Positions 12,054-20,600 of a stretch of DNA of 32,000 nucleotides are shown in pieces. The translations under genes were made by a program, and so were the position numbers. Location of the stretch: positions 3,120,001 through 3,152,000 of the forward strand of contig NZ_CP066018.1 of NCBI RefSeq assembly GCF_016127575.1. The letters run 5' to 3'. The notes beneath the pieces were generated by a model. It saw only the letters and a program-made list of their open reading frames with translations. It did no database searches and was not told the origin of the DNA. Every line of letters starts with the position of its first letter. Positions within the stretch are counted from its first letter, which is position 1. This stretch comes from Cupriavidus necator (GTDB lineage: Bacteria > Pseudomonadota > Gammaproteobacteria > Burkholderiales > Burkholderiaceae).

Positions 12054-12905
12054 ATGCCAGGCGTGCATGAACCCGCGGGCGCAGTGCCTGCGCTCCAACG
12101 TTATCTGGAATCGCTGCCGCGCCAGCCTCTGGCTGACCGGCAATTGTGGCGCGACGCGCGCGGGCAGGTGCAGGGCCAGTTCTTCAACTGCTCGCTGACC
12201 AGCGCGTTCGAGCCGCTGGTGACGCTGGCAGACCGGCAGGTGGTGGCGCATGAAGGTTCGATCCACACCTACGCAGAGGACGGCGTGGGCCTGGCGGCAT
12301 GGAAGCTGTTTGCGATGGCGGCCGACGACAACAGCCTGGTGTCGCTGGACCGGCTTTCGCGCCTGCTGCATGCCATCAACTACTTTGCCGCCGAGGGCGA
12401 GCACAAGCTGGTGCTGAACGTGCATAACCGGCTGCTGGCCGCCGTCACCGACGACCACGGCGCTGCCTTCCGGCGCGCATTGCAGTCGCTGGGGCTGCCG
12501 CTGGAGCGCTTTGTGATCCAGGTGCCGGCCAGCGCCAATGACGACCTGGCATTGCTATTGCATGTCGTTGGCAACTATCGGCGCAACGGCTTCGCGGTAA
12601 GCCTGCAGGCGTCGGATCCGGCGGAAGCCGGTGCGCTGATGGCGCACGCGTTGCCGGACTGGCTCAAGCTGGACATGCGCCGCACCTGGACCGACCGCCA
12701 GCTGTCGGGCCTGCGTGCCAGCGCGGCCAACGCCGGCGTAACGCTGATCGGGCGGCGCCTGCAGAACGCCGAAAGCGTCGAGCGCCTGCAGGCCGCGGGC
12801 ATCGGCCTGGGGCAGGGCGCCTTCGCCGGCGCGCCGGTCAGTGCGGCAGGGCTGCGCACAGGCCTGGCGAGCGCCGCGCATGCATTGGACAAGGAGGTGG
12901 TATGA
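12054..12905 (+). CDS. Stand-alone EAL-domain protein with degenerate catalytic residues (283 aa)
   Basis: ATG 12054 follows AAGGAA. The sequence is collinear with the EAL fold. FEPLV...VVAHEGSIH corresponds to YQPxV...EALxR, and LVLNV keeps the Asn. VIQVPAS replaces ExTE and SLQASD replaces DDFGTG. LKLDMR keeps the KxD. LIGRRLQ replaces AEGVE, and GQGAFAG keeps the QG. Confidence 0.7.
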   Translation: MPGVHEPAGAVPALQRYLESLPRQPLADRQLWRDARGQVQGQFFNCSLTSAFEPLVTLADRQVVAHEGSIHTYAEDGVGLAAWKLFAMAADDNSLVSLDRLSRLLHAINYFAAEGEHKLVLNVHNRLLAAVTDDHGAAFRRALQSLGLPLERFVIQVPASANDDLALLLHVVGNYRRNGFAVSLQASDPAEAGALMAHALPDWLKLDMRRTWTDRQLSGLRASAANAGVTLIGRRLQNAESVERLQAAGIGLGQGAFAGAPVSAAGLRTGLASAAHALDKEVV

Positions 12906-13573
12906 CCCAAGCGAACCGGCTATCCGGCGGCCATGGCACGCGCCTGGACATTCCGCGGCACCTGCAGGTGCTGACTGTACCGGGGCTGCACGGCAGCGGC
13001 CCGGGACACTGGCAGAGCCGCTGGGAGCAGCGCTTCCCCGACTGGCAGCGGGTGGAGCAGCACGACTGGTCGCGCCCCAGCCTGCCGCTGTGGGCCGAGC
13101 GCGTCTCCGAAGGCGTGATGCGCGCCCAGCGCGTGGCCGCGCGCGGCGCGGTGCTGGTGGCGCACAGCTTCGGCTGCCTGGCGTCGTTGCGCCAGGCGGC
13201 GCTGGATCCGGTCGGCATTGCCGGCGCATTGCTGGTGGCGCCGGCAGATCCGGACAAATTTGGCGTGGCGGCGCTGCTGCCGACCTACCGGCTGCCGTTC
13301 CCGACCATCCTGGTCGCCAGCCGCAACGACCCCTGGATGCCGCAGCGCACCGCTTTCAGCTGGGGCACGCTGTGGGGCAGTGAACTGGTCGATGCGGGCA
13401 GCCTGGGCCACATCAATGCCGATTCCGCACTGGGCGAGTGGCCTGAAGGCCTCGCGCTGCTCGATACCCTGATCCAGCGTATCGCGCAGGCAGGCGATAC
13501 CGGCTCCATAAGTGAATCATCCGGCGCCTGGGAGTCGGGCATCGAGGTAGTGTCTACTATCCCTTATATCTAA
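12902..13573 (+). CDS. YdeN/RBBP9-type alpha/beta serine hydrolase (PF06821-like)
   Basis: The start overlaps the EAL gene stop (ATGA). Motifs are LTVPGLHGSGPGHWQSRWE, nucleophile elbow AHSFGC, Asp in SRNDPWMP and His in SLGHINA. Confidence 0.75.
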   Translation: MTQANRLSGGHGTRLDIPRHLQVLTVPGLHGSGPGHWQSRWEQRFPDWQRVEQHDWSRPSLPLWAERVSEGVMRAQRVAARGAVLVAHSFGCLASLRQAALDPVGIAGALLVAPADPDKFGVAALLPTYRLPFPTILVASRNDPWMPQRTAFSWGTLWGSELVDAGSLGHINADSALGEWPEGLALLDTLIQRIAQAGDTGSISESSGAWESGIEVVSTIPYI

Positions 13574-13731
13574 ACCGTCTAAGAAAATTCATAAAGATTC
13601 GTTCTGTTTATAAGGATGACTCTGCAGAATCTGTCTCGTAGGCCGGCGCAATATGCGCTGGCGTCATAAAGAACGGCCCGCCGGGGCCAGCCATCATGGT
13701 CCGGCGGCGCACCGCTCACAGACGAGACGAC
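13574..13731 (+). promoter_or_regulatory. AT-rich control region upstream of cysTWA (probable CysB-family-dependent promoter)
   Basis: GC drops sharply here. Repeats present: the 9-nt direct repeat TCATAAAGA at 13589-13597 and 13664-13672, the palindrome TCTGCAGA at 13621-13628, and the hairpin/palindrome GCGCA-ATA-TGCGC at 13646-13658. No -35/-10 pair could be fixed with confidence. Confidence 0.35.
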
Positions 13732-14691
13732 ATGCCTCCATCCATTTCCCTCGCGGACACGCCGCCAGCCGCCCCTCGCGCCCCTGATTCCGGCGCCGCG
13801 CGCGCGCCGCGCAGGCCGTCCAGGCAGCGTTTTACGGTGCTGCCCGGCTTCGGCCTGTCGCTGGGCTTCACGTTGTTCTACCTGACGCTGATCGTCCTGA
13901 TCCCGCTGTCGGCCACGTTCCTGAAGACCTTCACGATGACGTGGGACGCGTTCTGGACCTCGGTCACGGCGCCGCGCGTGGTGGCGTCGCTGCAGCTGAG
14001 CTTTGGCGCGTCGCTGGTGGCGGCCATCGTCAATACGGTGTTCGGGCTGGTGGTTGCCTGGGTGCTGGTGCGCTACCGCTTCCCGGGCAAGCGCCTGATC
14101 GACGCGCTGGTGGACCTGCCGTTCGCGCTGCCCACTGCGGTGGCCGGTATCGCGCTGACGGCGCTGTTTGCCGGTAATGGCTGGATCGGCCGCTATCTCG
14201 AGCCGCTTGGCATCAAGGTCGCGTTTACGCCGCTGGGCGTGGTGGTGGCGCTGACCTTTATCGGCCTGCCGTTCGTGGTGCGCACGGTGCAGCCGGTGCT
14301 GGAGGATGTTGAGCAGGAGCTGGAGGAGGCCGCTTCCAGCCTCGGCGCCAACCGCCTGCAGACTTTCCAGCGCGTGATCCTGCCCGCCATCCTGCCGGCG
14401 CTGCTGACGGGGTTTGCGCTATCGTTCGCGCGCGCCACCGGCGAGTACGGCTCGGTGGTCTTTATCTCCGGCAACATGCCGATGGTGTCCGAGATCGCGC
14501 CGCTGATGATCTATTCCAAGCTGGAGCAATACGACTACGCCGGCGCCACCGCGGTGGCGGTGGTGATGCTGGTGATTTCCTTCGGGCTGCTGCTGCTGAT
14601 CAACCTGCTGCAGGCCTGGACGCGCCGCCATCAATCCGGTGTGCGCGCCGCGCTGGCACCTGAAGCGCCCGCCACGGGCAAGGAGTTCTGA
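13732..14691 (+). CDS. cysT: Sulfate/thiosulfate ABC transporter permease CysT (CysU)
   Basis: [29 protein letters not shown] matches the E. coli CysT N-terminal region as recalled, and an EAA loop [21 protein letters not shown] is present. The start is ambiguous: ATG 13732 is preferred, ATG 13696 is the alternative. Confidence 0.88.
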   Translation: MPPSISLADTPPAAPRAPDSGAARAPRRPSRQRFTVLPGFGLSLGFTLFYLTLIVLIPLSATFLKTFTMTWDAFWTSVTAPRVVASLQLSFGASLVAAIVNTVFGLVVAWVLVRYRFPGKRLIDALVDLPFALPTAVAGIALTALFAGNGWIGRYLEPLGIKVAFTPLGVVVALTFIGLPFVVRTVQPVLEDVEQELEEAASSLGANRLQTFQRVILPAILPALLTGFALSFARATGEYGSVVFISGNMPMVSEIAPLMIYSKLEQYDYAGATAVAVVMLVISFGLLLLINLLQAWTRRHQSGVRAALAPEAPATGKEF

Positions 14692-14692
14692 C

Positions 14693-15622
14693 ATGGCCGG
14701 CGCAGTTGCGGGACGCCTGGGCGGGCAAGCCAACGCCCAGGCCCATCACAGGTTTGACGCTACCGGCGAAGCGCCGTGGGTACGCTACACGCTGATCACG
14801 GTGGCGGTGCTGTTCCTCACGCTGTTCCTGTTCGTGCCGCTGGCTTCGGTGTTCTATGAAGCCTTGCGCAAGGGCGTGCAGACCTACTGGGAAGCGTTGA
14901 TCGAACCCGACGCACTCGCCGCGATCCAGCTCACGCTGACGGTGGCGGCGATCGCGGTGCCGCTGAACGTGGTGTTCGGCGTGGCGGCGGCCTGGGCCAT
15001 CGCCAAGTTCGACTTCCGCGGCAAGAACCTGCTGATCACGCTGATCGACCTGCCGTTCTCGGTGTCGCCGGTGATTTCCGGCCTGGTCTACGTGCTGCTG
15101 TTCGGTGCGCAGGGCTGGCTGGGACCGTGGCTGGAAGCGCACGACATCAAGATCATGTTCGCGGTGCCGGGCATCGTGCTGGCCACCATCTTCGTGACCT
15201 TCCCCTTTGTTGCGCGCGAGCTGATCCCGCTGATGCAGGCGCAGGGCAGTGAAGAGGAAGAGGCCGCGATCGTGCTGGGCGCCTCGGGCTGGCAGACCTT
15301 CCGCCATATCACGCTGCCCAATATCCGCTGGGGCCTGCTGTATGGCGTGATCCTGTGCAATGCGCGGGCGATGGGCGAGTTCGGTGCGGTCTCGGTGGTA
15401 TCGGGCCATATCCGCGGGCTGACCAACACCATGCCGCTGCATGTTGAGATCCTCTACAACGAGTACAACTTCGCGGCGGCCTTTGCGGTGGCTTCGCTGC
15501 TGACGCTGCTGGCGCTGGTCACGCTCGGCATCAAGACGCTGGTGGAATTGCGCGCCCGCAAGGAAACCGAAGAGGCTGCACCAGAGCGGCCGCTGGCAAG
15601 TTTGCAAGGACAAGCATCATGA
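14693..15622 (+). CDS. cysW: Sulfate/thiosulfate ABC transporter permease CysW
   Basis: ATG 14693 lies 1 nt after the cysT stop and follows AAGGAG (14680-14685). The 309-aa polytopic protein has the EAA loop [21 protein letters not shown]. Confidence 0.9.
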   Translation: MAGAVAGRLGGQANAQAHHRFDATGEAPWVRYTLITVAVLFLTLFLFVPLASVFYEALRKGVQTYWEALIEPDALAAIQLTLTVAAIAVPLNVVFGVAAAWAIAKFDFRGKNLLITLIDLPFSVSPVISGLVYVLLFGAQGWLGPWLEAHDIKIMFAVPGIVLATIFVTFPFVARELIPLMQAQGSEEEEAAIVLGASGWQTFRHITLPNIRWGLLYGVILCNARAMGEFGAVSVVSGHIRGLTNTMPLHVEILYNEYNFAAAFAVASLLTLLALVTLGIKTLVELRARKETEEAAPERPLASLQGQAS

Positions 15623-16728
15623 GCATCCAGGTCAAGAACGTAGAGAAGCGCTTTGGCGACTTTGTCGCGCTGGACAACGTCTCGCTCGATTTCGACGAAG
15701 GCGAGCTGACCGCGCTGCTGGGGCCGTCCGGCTGCGGCAAGACCACGCTGTTGCGCATCATCGCCGGCCTGGAGCGCGCCGATGCGGGCCAGATCGTGCT
15801 GGCCGGGCGCGATGCCTCGGACCAGCATGTGCGCCAGCGCCAGGTGGGCTTTGTGTTCCAGCACTACGCGCTGTTCAAGCATATGAGCGTGTTCGAGAAC
15901 GTGGCCTTCGGCCTGCGCGTCAAGCCGCGCGCCGAGCGCCCGAGCGAAGCGCAGATCCGCGACAAGGTGCGTTCGCTGCTGGAACTGGTGCAACTCGACT
16001 GGCTGGCCGACCGCTACCCGTCGCAGCTCTCCGGCGGTCAGCGCCAGCGTATCGCGCTGGCGCGCGCCCTGGCGGTGGAGCCGCGCGTGCTGCTGCTGGA
16101 CGAACCGTTCGGCGCGCTCGACGCCAAGGTGCGCAAAGAACTGCGCCGCTGGCTGCGCCGCCTGCACGATGAACTGCACGTGACCAGCGTGTTCGTCACC
16201 CATGACCAGGAAGAGGCGCTGGAAGTGGCCGACCAGGTGGTGCTGATGAACCGCGGCCACGTGGAGCAGTACGGCTCGCCCGAGGCCGTCTACAACCATC
16301 CGGCCACGCCCTTCGTGTTCGGCTTCCTCGGCAACGTGAACCTCTTCCACGGCCGGCTGGAAGTGGGCGAGAGCGGCGGCCTGCTGCATACCGGTGAAGC
16401 GGTGCTGCCGGTGGTCGGCAGCGGCCATGAGACCGCCGGCGACGCGGTGGCCTATGTGCGCCCCCATGACCTCGACCTGGAACGCTATTCGCCCGGCGCC
16501 GACGGCATTGCCGTGACGCTGCGCCGCGCGCTGACGCTGGGCCCGGTGGCGCAGCTTGAACTTGAACGTGAAGACAACCAGGACGTGATTGAAGTCGCGC
16601 TGCCGCTGGAGCGCTTCCGCCATGCGGGCTTCCGCGAAGGCGAACTGCTCGCGGTGCGCCCGCGCCAGCTGCGCGTGTTCACGCAACCGCGTACCACGTC
16701 CACCCAACAAGAAAAGGCGACGTCATGA
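15619..16728 (+). CDS. cysA: Sulfate/thiosulfate ABC transporter ATP-binding protein CysA
   Basis: ATGA overlap with cysW. It has Walker [14 protein letters not shown], signature [15 protein letters not shown], Walker B LLLLDEP and a C-terminal TOBE-like regulatory domain. Confidence 0.93.
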   Translation: MSIQVKNVEKRFGDFVALDNVSLDFDEGELTALLGPSGCGKTTLLRIIAGLERADAGQIVLAGRDASDQHVRQRQVGFVFQHYALFKHMSVFENVAFGLRVKPRAERPSEAQIRDKVRSLLELVQLDWLADRYPSQLSGGQRQRIALARALAVEPRVLLLDEPFGALDAKVRKELRRWLRRLHDELHVTSVFVTHDQEEALEVADQVVLMNRGHVEQYGSPEAVYNHPATPFVFGFLGNVNLFHGRLEVGESGGLLHTGEAVLPVVGSGHETAGDAVAYVRPHDLDLERYSPGADGIAVTLRRALTLGPVAQLELEREDNQDVIEVALPLERFRHAGFREGELLAVRPRQLRVFTQPRTTSTQQEKATS

Positions 16729-17669
16729 ACTTCCAGCAACTCCGATCGATCCGCGAGGCGGTGCGCCGCCAGTTCAACCTGACCGAAGTCGCCAACGCGC
16801 TCTACACCTCGCAGCCCGGCGTGTCGCGCCAGATCCGCGAGCTGGAAGAAGAACTGGGCGTGGAGATCTTCGAGCGCTACGGCAAACGCCTGACCGGCCT
16901 GACCGAGCCCGGGCGCGAGATCGTGCGCATCGTCGAACGCCTGCTGCTGGAGGCCGAGAACCTGCGCCAGGCCGGCGACGAATACGCCGGCCGCCATACC
17001 GGCCGCCTGACCGTTGCCACCACCCACACCCAGGCACGCTATGCACTGCCGCGCGTGGTGCAGGCCTTCCGCCGCGAATACCCGCATGTGACGCTGGCAC
17101 TGCAGGAGGCGTCGCCCACGCATATCGTTGAGCTGCTGCTGACGGGGCAGGCCGATATCGGCATCGCCACCGAGGCCCTGGCCACCGAGGCCGGGCTGAC
17201 CTCGTTCGAGGCCTACAGTTGGCAGCACGTGCTGGTGGTCTCGCCCGGCCATCCGCTCACGCGCCTGCCCGAGCCCACGCTCGAAGACGTGGCCGGCTTC
17301 CAGCTCATCACCTATGACGCCGGCTTCACCGGCCGCCGCAAGATCGACAGCGCCTTTGCCGAGGCCGGCCTGCAGCCGGAGATCGTGCTGACCGCGCTGG
17401 ATGCCGACGTGATCAAGACCTACGCCGAACTGGACCTGGGCGTGGGCATCATTGCCTCGATGGCCTATGACGAGCGCAAGGATTCCGGCCTGGTGCGGAT
17501 CTCGGCCGACCACCTGTTCGCGCCCAACACCACCAGCGTGGCGGTGCGGCGGGGCGCCTACCTGCGCGGCTATGCGCACGCCTTTATCAACATGTTCGCG
17601 CCGCACCTGTCGCCCGACACCGTCAGCAGCGCGCTGTCCGAGCAGGAGCGCCAGGCCCTGGCGGCCTGA
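16725..17669 (+). CDS. CysB-family LysR-type transcriptional regulator (CysB/Cbl/SsuR type)
   Basis: ATGA overlap with cysA. The N-terminus [49 protein letters not shown] closely parallels the E. coli CysB HTH as recalled. Which paralogue this is cannot be decided from the sequence alone. Confidence 0.88.
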   Translation: MNFQQLRSIREAVRRQFNLTEVANALYTSQPGVSRQIRELEEELGVEIFERYGKRLTGLTEPGREIVRIVERLLLEAENLRQAGDEYAGRHTGRLTVATTHTQARYALPRVVQAFRREYPHVTLALQEASPTHIVELLLTGQADIGIATEALATEAGLTSFEAYSWQHVLVVSPGHPLTRLPEPTLEDVAGFQLITYDAGFTGRRKIDSAFAEAGLQPEIVLTALDADVIKTYAELDLGVGIIASMAYDERKDSGLVRISADHLFAPNTTSVAVRRGAYLRGYAHAFINMFAPHLSPDTVSSALSEQERQALAA

Positions 17670-17936
17670 TTCCGGCCTGGCTGTGGCCATCGCCAGGCGG
17701 CGCAGGGGGCACCCGGGCGCTGCCTGACAGCCGCCGTCCGCCCCGGCACGGTGCCGTTCGCGCCCCGTGCCCGCCGTTCGTCGCAAGAGACTTTCTTCGT
17801 GCCCGGGTGAGGGGTACATTCCTTGCACGTGCCCGCGGCTTGCCATCCGGCGAGCGCCGTACGTGTACCGCAGTGCAACAAAGTTTGCGCGCGGCCGCCG
17901 GTCTGCAAGGGCCGGACAAGGGAGACAGAGACGATC

Positions 17937-18305
17937 ATGCGCGACGACGAACCGCTGCTGCGCTGGCAGTGGCGCGGCTATGCCCGCAACCACCAGCATC
18001 CCCGCAACCTGCTGCTGCATATCGTGGCCGTGCCGATGTTCATGGCCGGCACCGTGCTGGGCCTCTACGGCCTGTTGCGCCTGAGCCTGCCGGCGGTGGC
18101 GCTGGGGCTGGTGTGCATGGGCATGTCGATGGCCCTGCAGGGCCGGGGGCACCGGCTGGAAGCCCACGCGCCGGAACCCTTTGCCGGGCCGGCGGACATC
18201 GCCGGCCGCATCCTGGCCGAGCAGTGGATCACCTTCCCGCGCTATGTGCTGTCCGGCCAATGGTGGCGCGCGCTGGCCGGCCGGCGTGCCGGGCAGGGTG
18301 GCTGA
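17937..18305 (+). CDS. Small membrane protein, DUF962/Mpo1-like (122 aa)
   Basis: ATG 17937 follows GGGAGACAGAG. The motif HQHPRNLLLHIVAVPMF resembles the H..N...H..P signature of DUF962, and there are two predicted TM helices. The family call is from memory. Confidence 0.5.
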   Translation: MRDDEPLLRWQWRGYARNHQHPRNLLLHIVAVPMFMAGTVLGLYGLLRLSLPAVALGLVCMGMSMALQGRGHRLEAHAPEPFAGPADIAGRILAEQWITFPRYVLSGQWWRALAGRRAGQGG

Positions 18306-18365
18306 GGTGGCCCGCGCTGCCCGCCTCATCACATTCCCGTTGCGCCAGGCTCAGTCCGCGCTAAC

Positions 18366-19541
18366 ATGAACGCCATGGACCGCTGCTTCTCCAACGTCGC
18401 CACCGCCATCCCCTCCCGGCTCAATATCCTCGGCCGCGACCTGCTGTTCGTGCTGTGCATGAACTCGGTGATCGCCATCAGCCTGAACTACGGCTTCCAG
18501 ACCGGCGGCAGCCTGTGGCACAACTTTGTCTACAGCCAGCTGATCGGCTTGTCGATCTGGGTGCTGATCGACATTCCGCGCGTGGTGATCTGGTGGAACG
18601 ACCGGCCGCGCCGCTGGCCCTTCCTGCTGCTGGCCGCCGCCGCGGTGCCCGCGGGCGTGGTGTTCGGCAGCTGGGCCACGCGCGTGGCGCTGGACCTGCC
18701 GCCCAAGTCGGCGGACGAAGCCGGCGGCATGCTGCGCATGTGCCTGGTGGTGGGCATGCTGGCCGCGGCCTCGATGATCTATTTCTACTGGTCGCGCGAG
18801 AAGCTCGCATCCCTGGAGCGCCAGGCCGCGCTGGACGCCCTGCAGCGCGAGGAAGCCGAAAAGCAGCTGGTGCGCGCACAGCTGATGGCGCTGCAGGCGC
18901 AGATCGAGCCGCATTTCCTGTTCAACTCGCTGGCCAACCTCGACGGGCTGATCGCCACCGACCCGCCCGCCGCGCGCCAGCTGCTGCAGCGCCTGATCGG
19001 CTTCCTGCGCATGTCGCTGGCGCATACCCGCGCCGAGCAATGCACGCTGCGGCAGGAGTTCGAGCTGCTGCGCAGCTACCTGGACATCCAGGGCATGCGC
19101 TTCGGCCAGCGGCTCTCGTTCGACATCGACCTGCCGCGCGAACTGGCGAAGGTGGAGATCCCGCCCATGCTGATCCAGCCGCTGGTGGAAAACGCGGTCA
19201 CGCACGGCATCGAGCCCTGCATGATCGGCGGCCATATCCGGCTGTCGGCGCGTGCGGCCGGCGACAATGCGGTGCAGGTCATCATCGCCGATACCGGCGT
19301 GGGCTTCGGTCATGCCTCGGGCAAGGGCTCGGGCCTGGGCATCACCCATGTGCGCGAGCGGCTGGCGCGCATCTTTGGCGCGGCGGCCTCCATGCAGATG
19401 GAGGAGAACACCCCGCGCGGCGTGGTGGTGCGGCTGACGCTGCCGCTGGAGCGCCCGGCCGAAGCGCCCACCCTGACCCAGACAGTCACCAGCGTGCCGG
19501 AGGGCATGCCAGTATCGGCCCCAGCCATGCAACGGCTCTGA
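18366..19541 (+). CDS. LytS/YehU-class (His_kinase PF06580) sensor histidine kinase with a 4-5 TM N-terminus
   Basis: Has the QIEPHFLFNSLANLDGLI phospho-acceptor box typical of LytS/AlgZ-type kinases, an HATPase region (LIQPLVENAVTHGI, DTGVGF, GSGLGITHVRERL) and a hydrophobic N-terminal half. Confidence 0.85.
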   Translation: MNAMDRCFSNVATAIPSRLNILGRDLLFVLCMNSVIAISLNYGFQTGGSLWHNFVYSQLIGLSIWVLIDIPRVVIWWNDRPRRWPFLLLAAAAVPAGVVFGSWATRVALDLPPKSADEAGGMLRMCLVVGMLAAASMIYFYWSREKLASLERQAALDALQREEAEKQLVRAQLMALQAQIEPHFLFNSLANLDGLIATDPPAARQLLQRLIGFLRMSLAHTRAEQCTLRQEFELLRSYLDIQGMRFGQRLSFDIDLPRELAKVEIPPMLIQPLVENAVTHGIEPCMIGGHIRLSARAAGDNAVQVIIADTGVGFGHASGKGSGLGITHVRERLARIFGAAASMQMEENTPRGVVVRLTLPLERPAEAPTLTQTVTSVPEGMPVSAPAMQRL

Positions 19542-19642
19542 GGCGCCCCGCCTGCCAGCAAGCCTGACAAGACGAACGGCTGGCACCGCCCGTGGCGGTG
19601 CCGCTGACAACGCCAGGACCCATCCACCACCCCAACGCCCCC

Positions 19643-20467
19643 ATGACCCCGACCCTTCTGATCGCCGACGACGAAGCGCTGCTGGCGCGCGTGCTGGAAT
19701 CCGAACTGATGTCGCTGTGGCCCGAGGCCCGTATCGTTTCCGTGGTCCACGACGGCGTGGCCGCGCTGGCGGCGGCGCGCGAGCACCAGCCGCGCGTGGC
19801 CTTCCTGGATATCCGCATGCCGGGCATGAGCGGCATGGACGTGGCGCGCGAACTGATCGAATTCGACACCCCGCCACTGGTGGTCTTCGTGACCGCATAC
19901 GACCAGTTCGCGCTGGAGGCGTTCGAGCGCGCCGCGGTGGACTATGTGCTCAAGCCGGTCCAGCGCGAACGGCTTGAGGCCACGGTGCAGCGTCTGAAGG
20001 ACCGCCTGGCCGGCCCCGCCGACGATGAAGACACCGAGGCCGAAGCCTCGATCGCGGAGACGGACCGGCTTGGCCAGCTGCTGGCGCGGCTGGAATCGCT
20101 GGAGCACGCCACGCCAGGCCCGGGCGGTGCGCCGCAGCGGCAGTACCTGCGCTTTATCAAGGCACTGGTGGGGCAGGAGGTGCGCATCATCCCCGTGGAC
20201 GAAGTCATCTACCTGGAGGCCACCGACAAGTACGTCAACGTGGTCTCCGGCGCCGGCGAAGCGCTGATCCGCACCAGCCTGCGCGAGCTGACCCAGCAGC
20301 TGGACCCGGAGCGCTTCTGGCAGGTGCACCGCGGCACCGTGGTCAACATCACCTGCGTGGCCAGCGCGGTCAACCAGTCGCTGGGACGGCTGTCGCTGCG
20401 GCTGCGCGACCGTCCTGAACTGCTGCCGGTGGCGCGACAGTACGCGCACCTGTTCAAGCAGATGTAA
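19643..20467 (+). CDS. LytR/AlgR-family response regulator (REC + LytTR DNA-binding domain)
   Basis: MTPTLLIADDEALLARVL...AFLDIRMPGMSG is the REC domain. The C-terminal segment IPVDEVIYLEATDKYVNVV...FWQVHRGTVVNI is LytTR. The track's 19592 start (GTG) adds 17 non-conserved residues. Confidence 0.88.
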   Translation: MTPTLLIADDEALLARVLESELMSLWPEARIVSVVHDGVAALAAAREHQPRVAFLDIRMPGMSGMDVARELIEFDTPPLVVFVTAYDQFALEAFERAAVDYVLKPVQRERLEATVQRLKDRLAGPADDEDTEAEASIAETDRLGQLLARLESLEHATPGPGGAPQRQYLRFIKALVGQEVRIIPVDEVIYLEATDKYVNVVSGAGEALIRTSLRELTQQLDPERFWQVHRGTVVNITCVASAVNQSLGRLSLRLRDRPELLPVARQYAHLFKQM

Positions 20468-20529
20468 GCGCGGTTGGCGGGAGGCGTGGCCGCCACCTGG
20501 CTGCAGAGGACAGGGGTTTTCCTCTATGA

Positions 20530-20554
20530 TGCGGGCTTCGGCCCGTATTTTTTT
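20530..20554 (+). terminator. Weak Rho-independent terminator after the two-component pair
   Basis: TGCGGGC-TTCG-GCCCGTA followed by TTTTTTT (20548-20554). It lies inside the track's extended MFS ORF, which supports the later ATG 20601 start. Confidence 0.5.
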
Positions 20555-20600
20555 GGGCTGCCGCCTTCCGTCCTGCCGCATAGCCCCTGCCACCAGCGCC

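Noticed and set aside
16485-19898. Two long minus-strand ORFs: 16485-18332 (615 aa) and 18351-19898 (515 aa).
   Set aside because: They are antisense to cysA, the CysB-like regulator, DUF962 and the histidine kinase. Their composition is rich in Arg/Ala/Gly/Pro/His and they have no domain signatures. The same reasoning applies to 5989-7314, 7966-8964, 9092-10519, 10937-11920, 14600-15613, 15454-16710, 19310-20632, 20454-21893 and 21939-24083.
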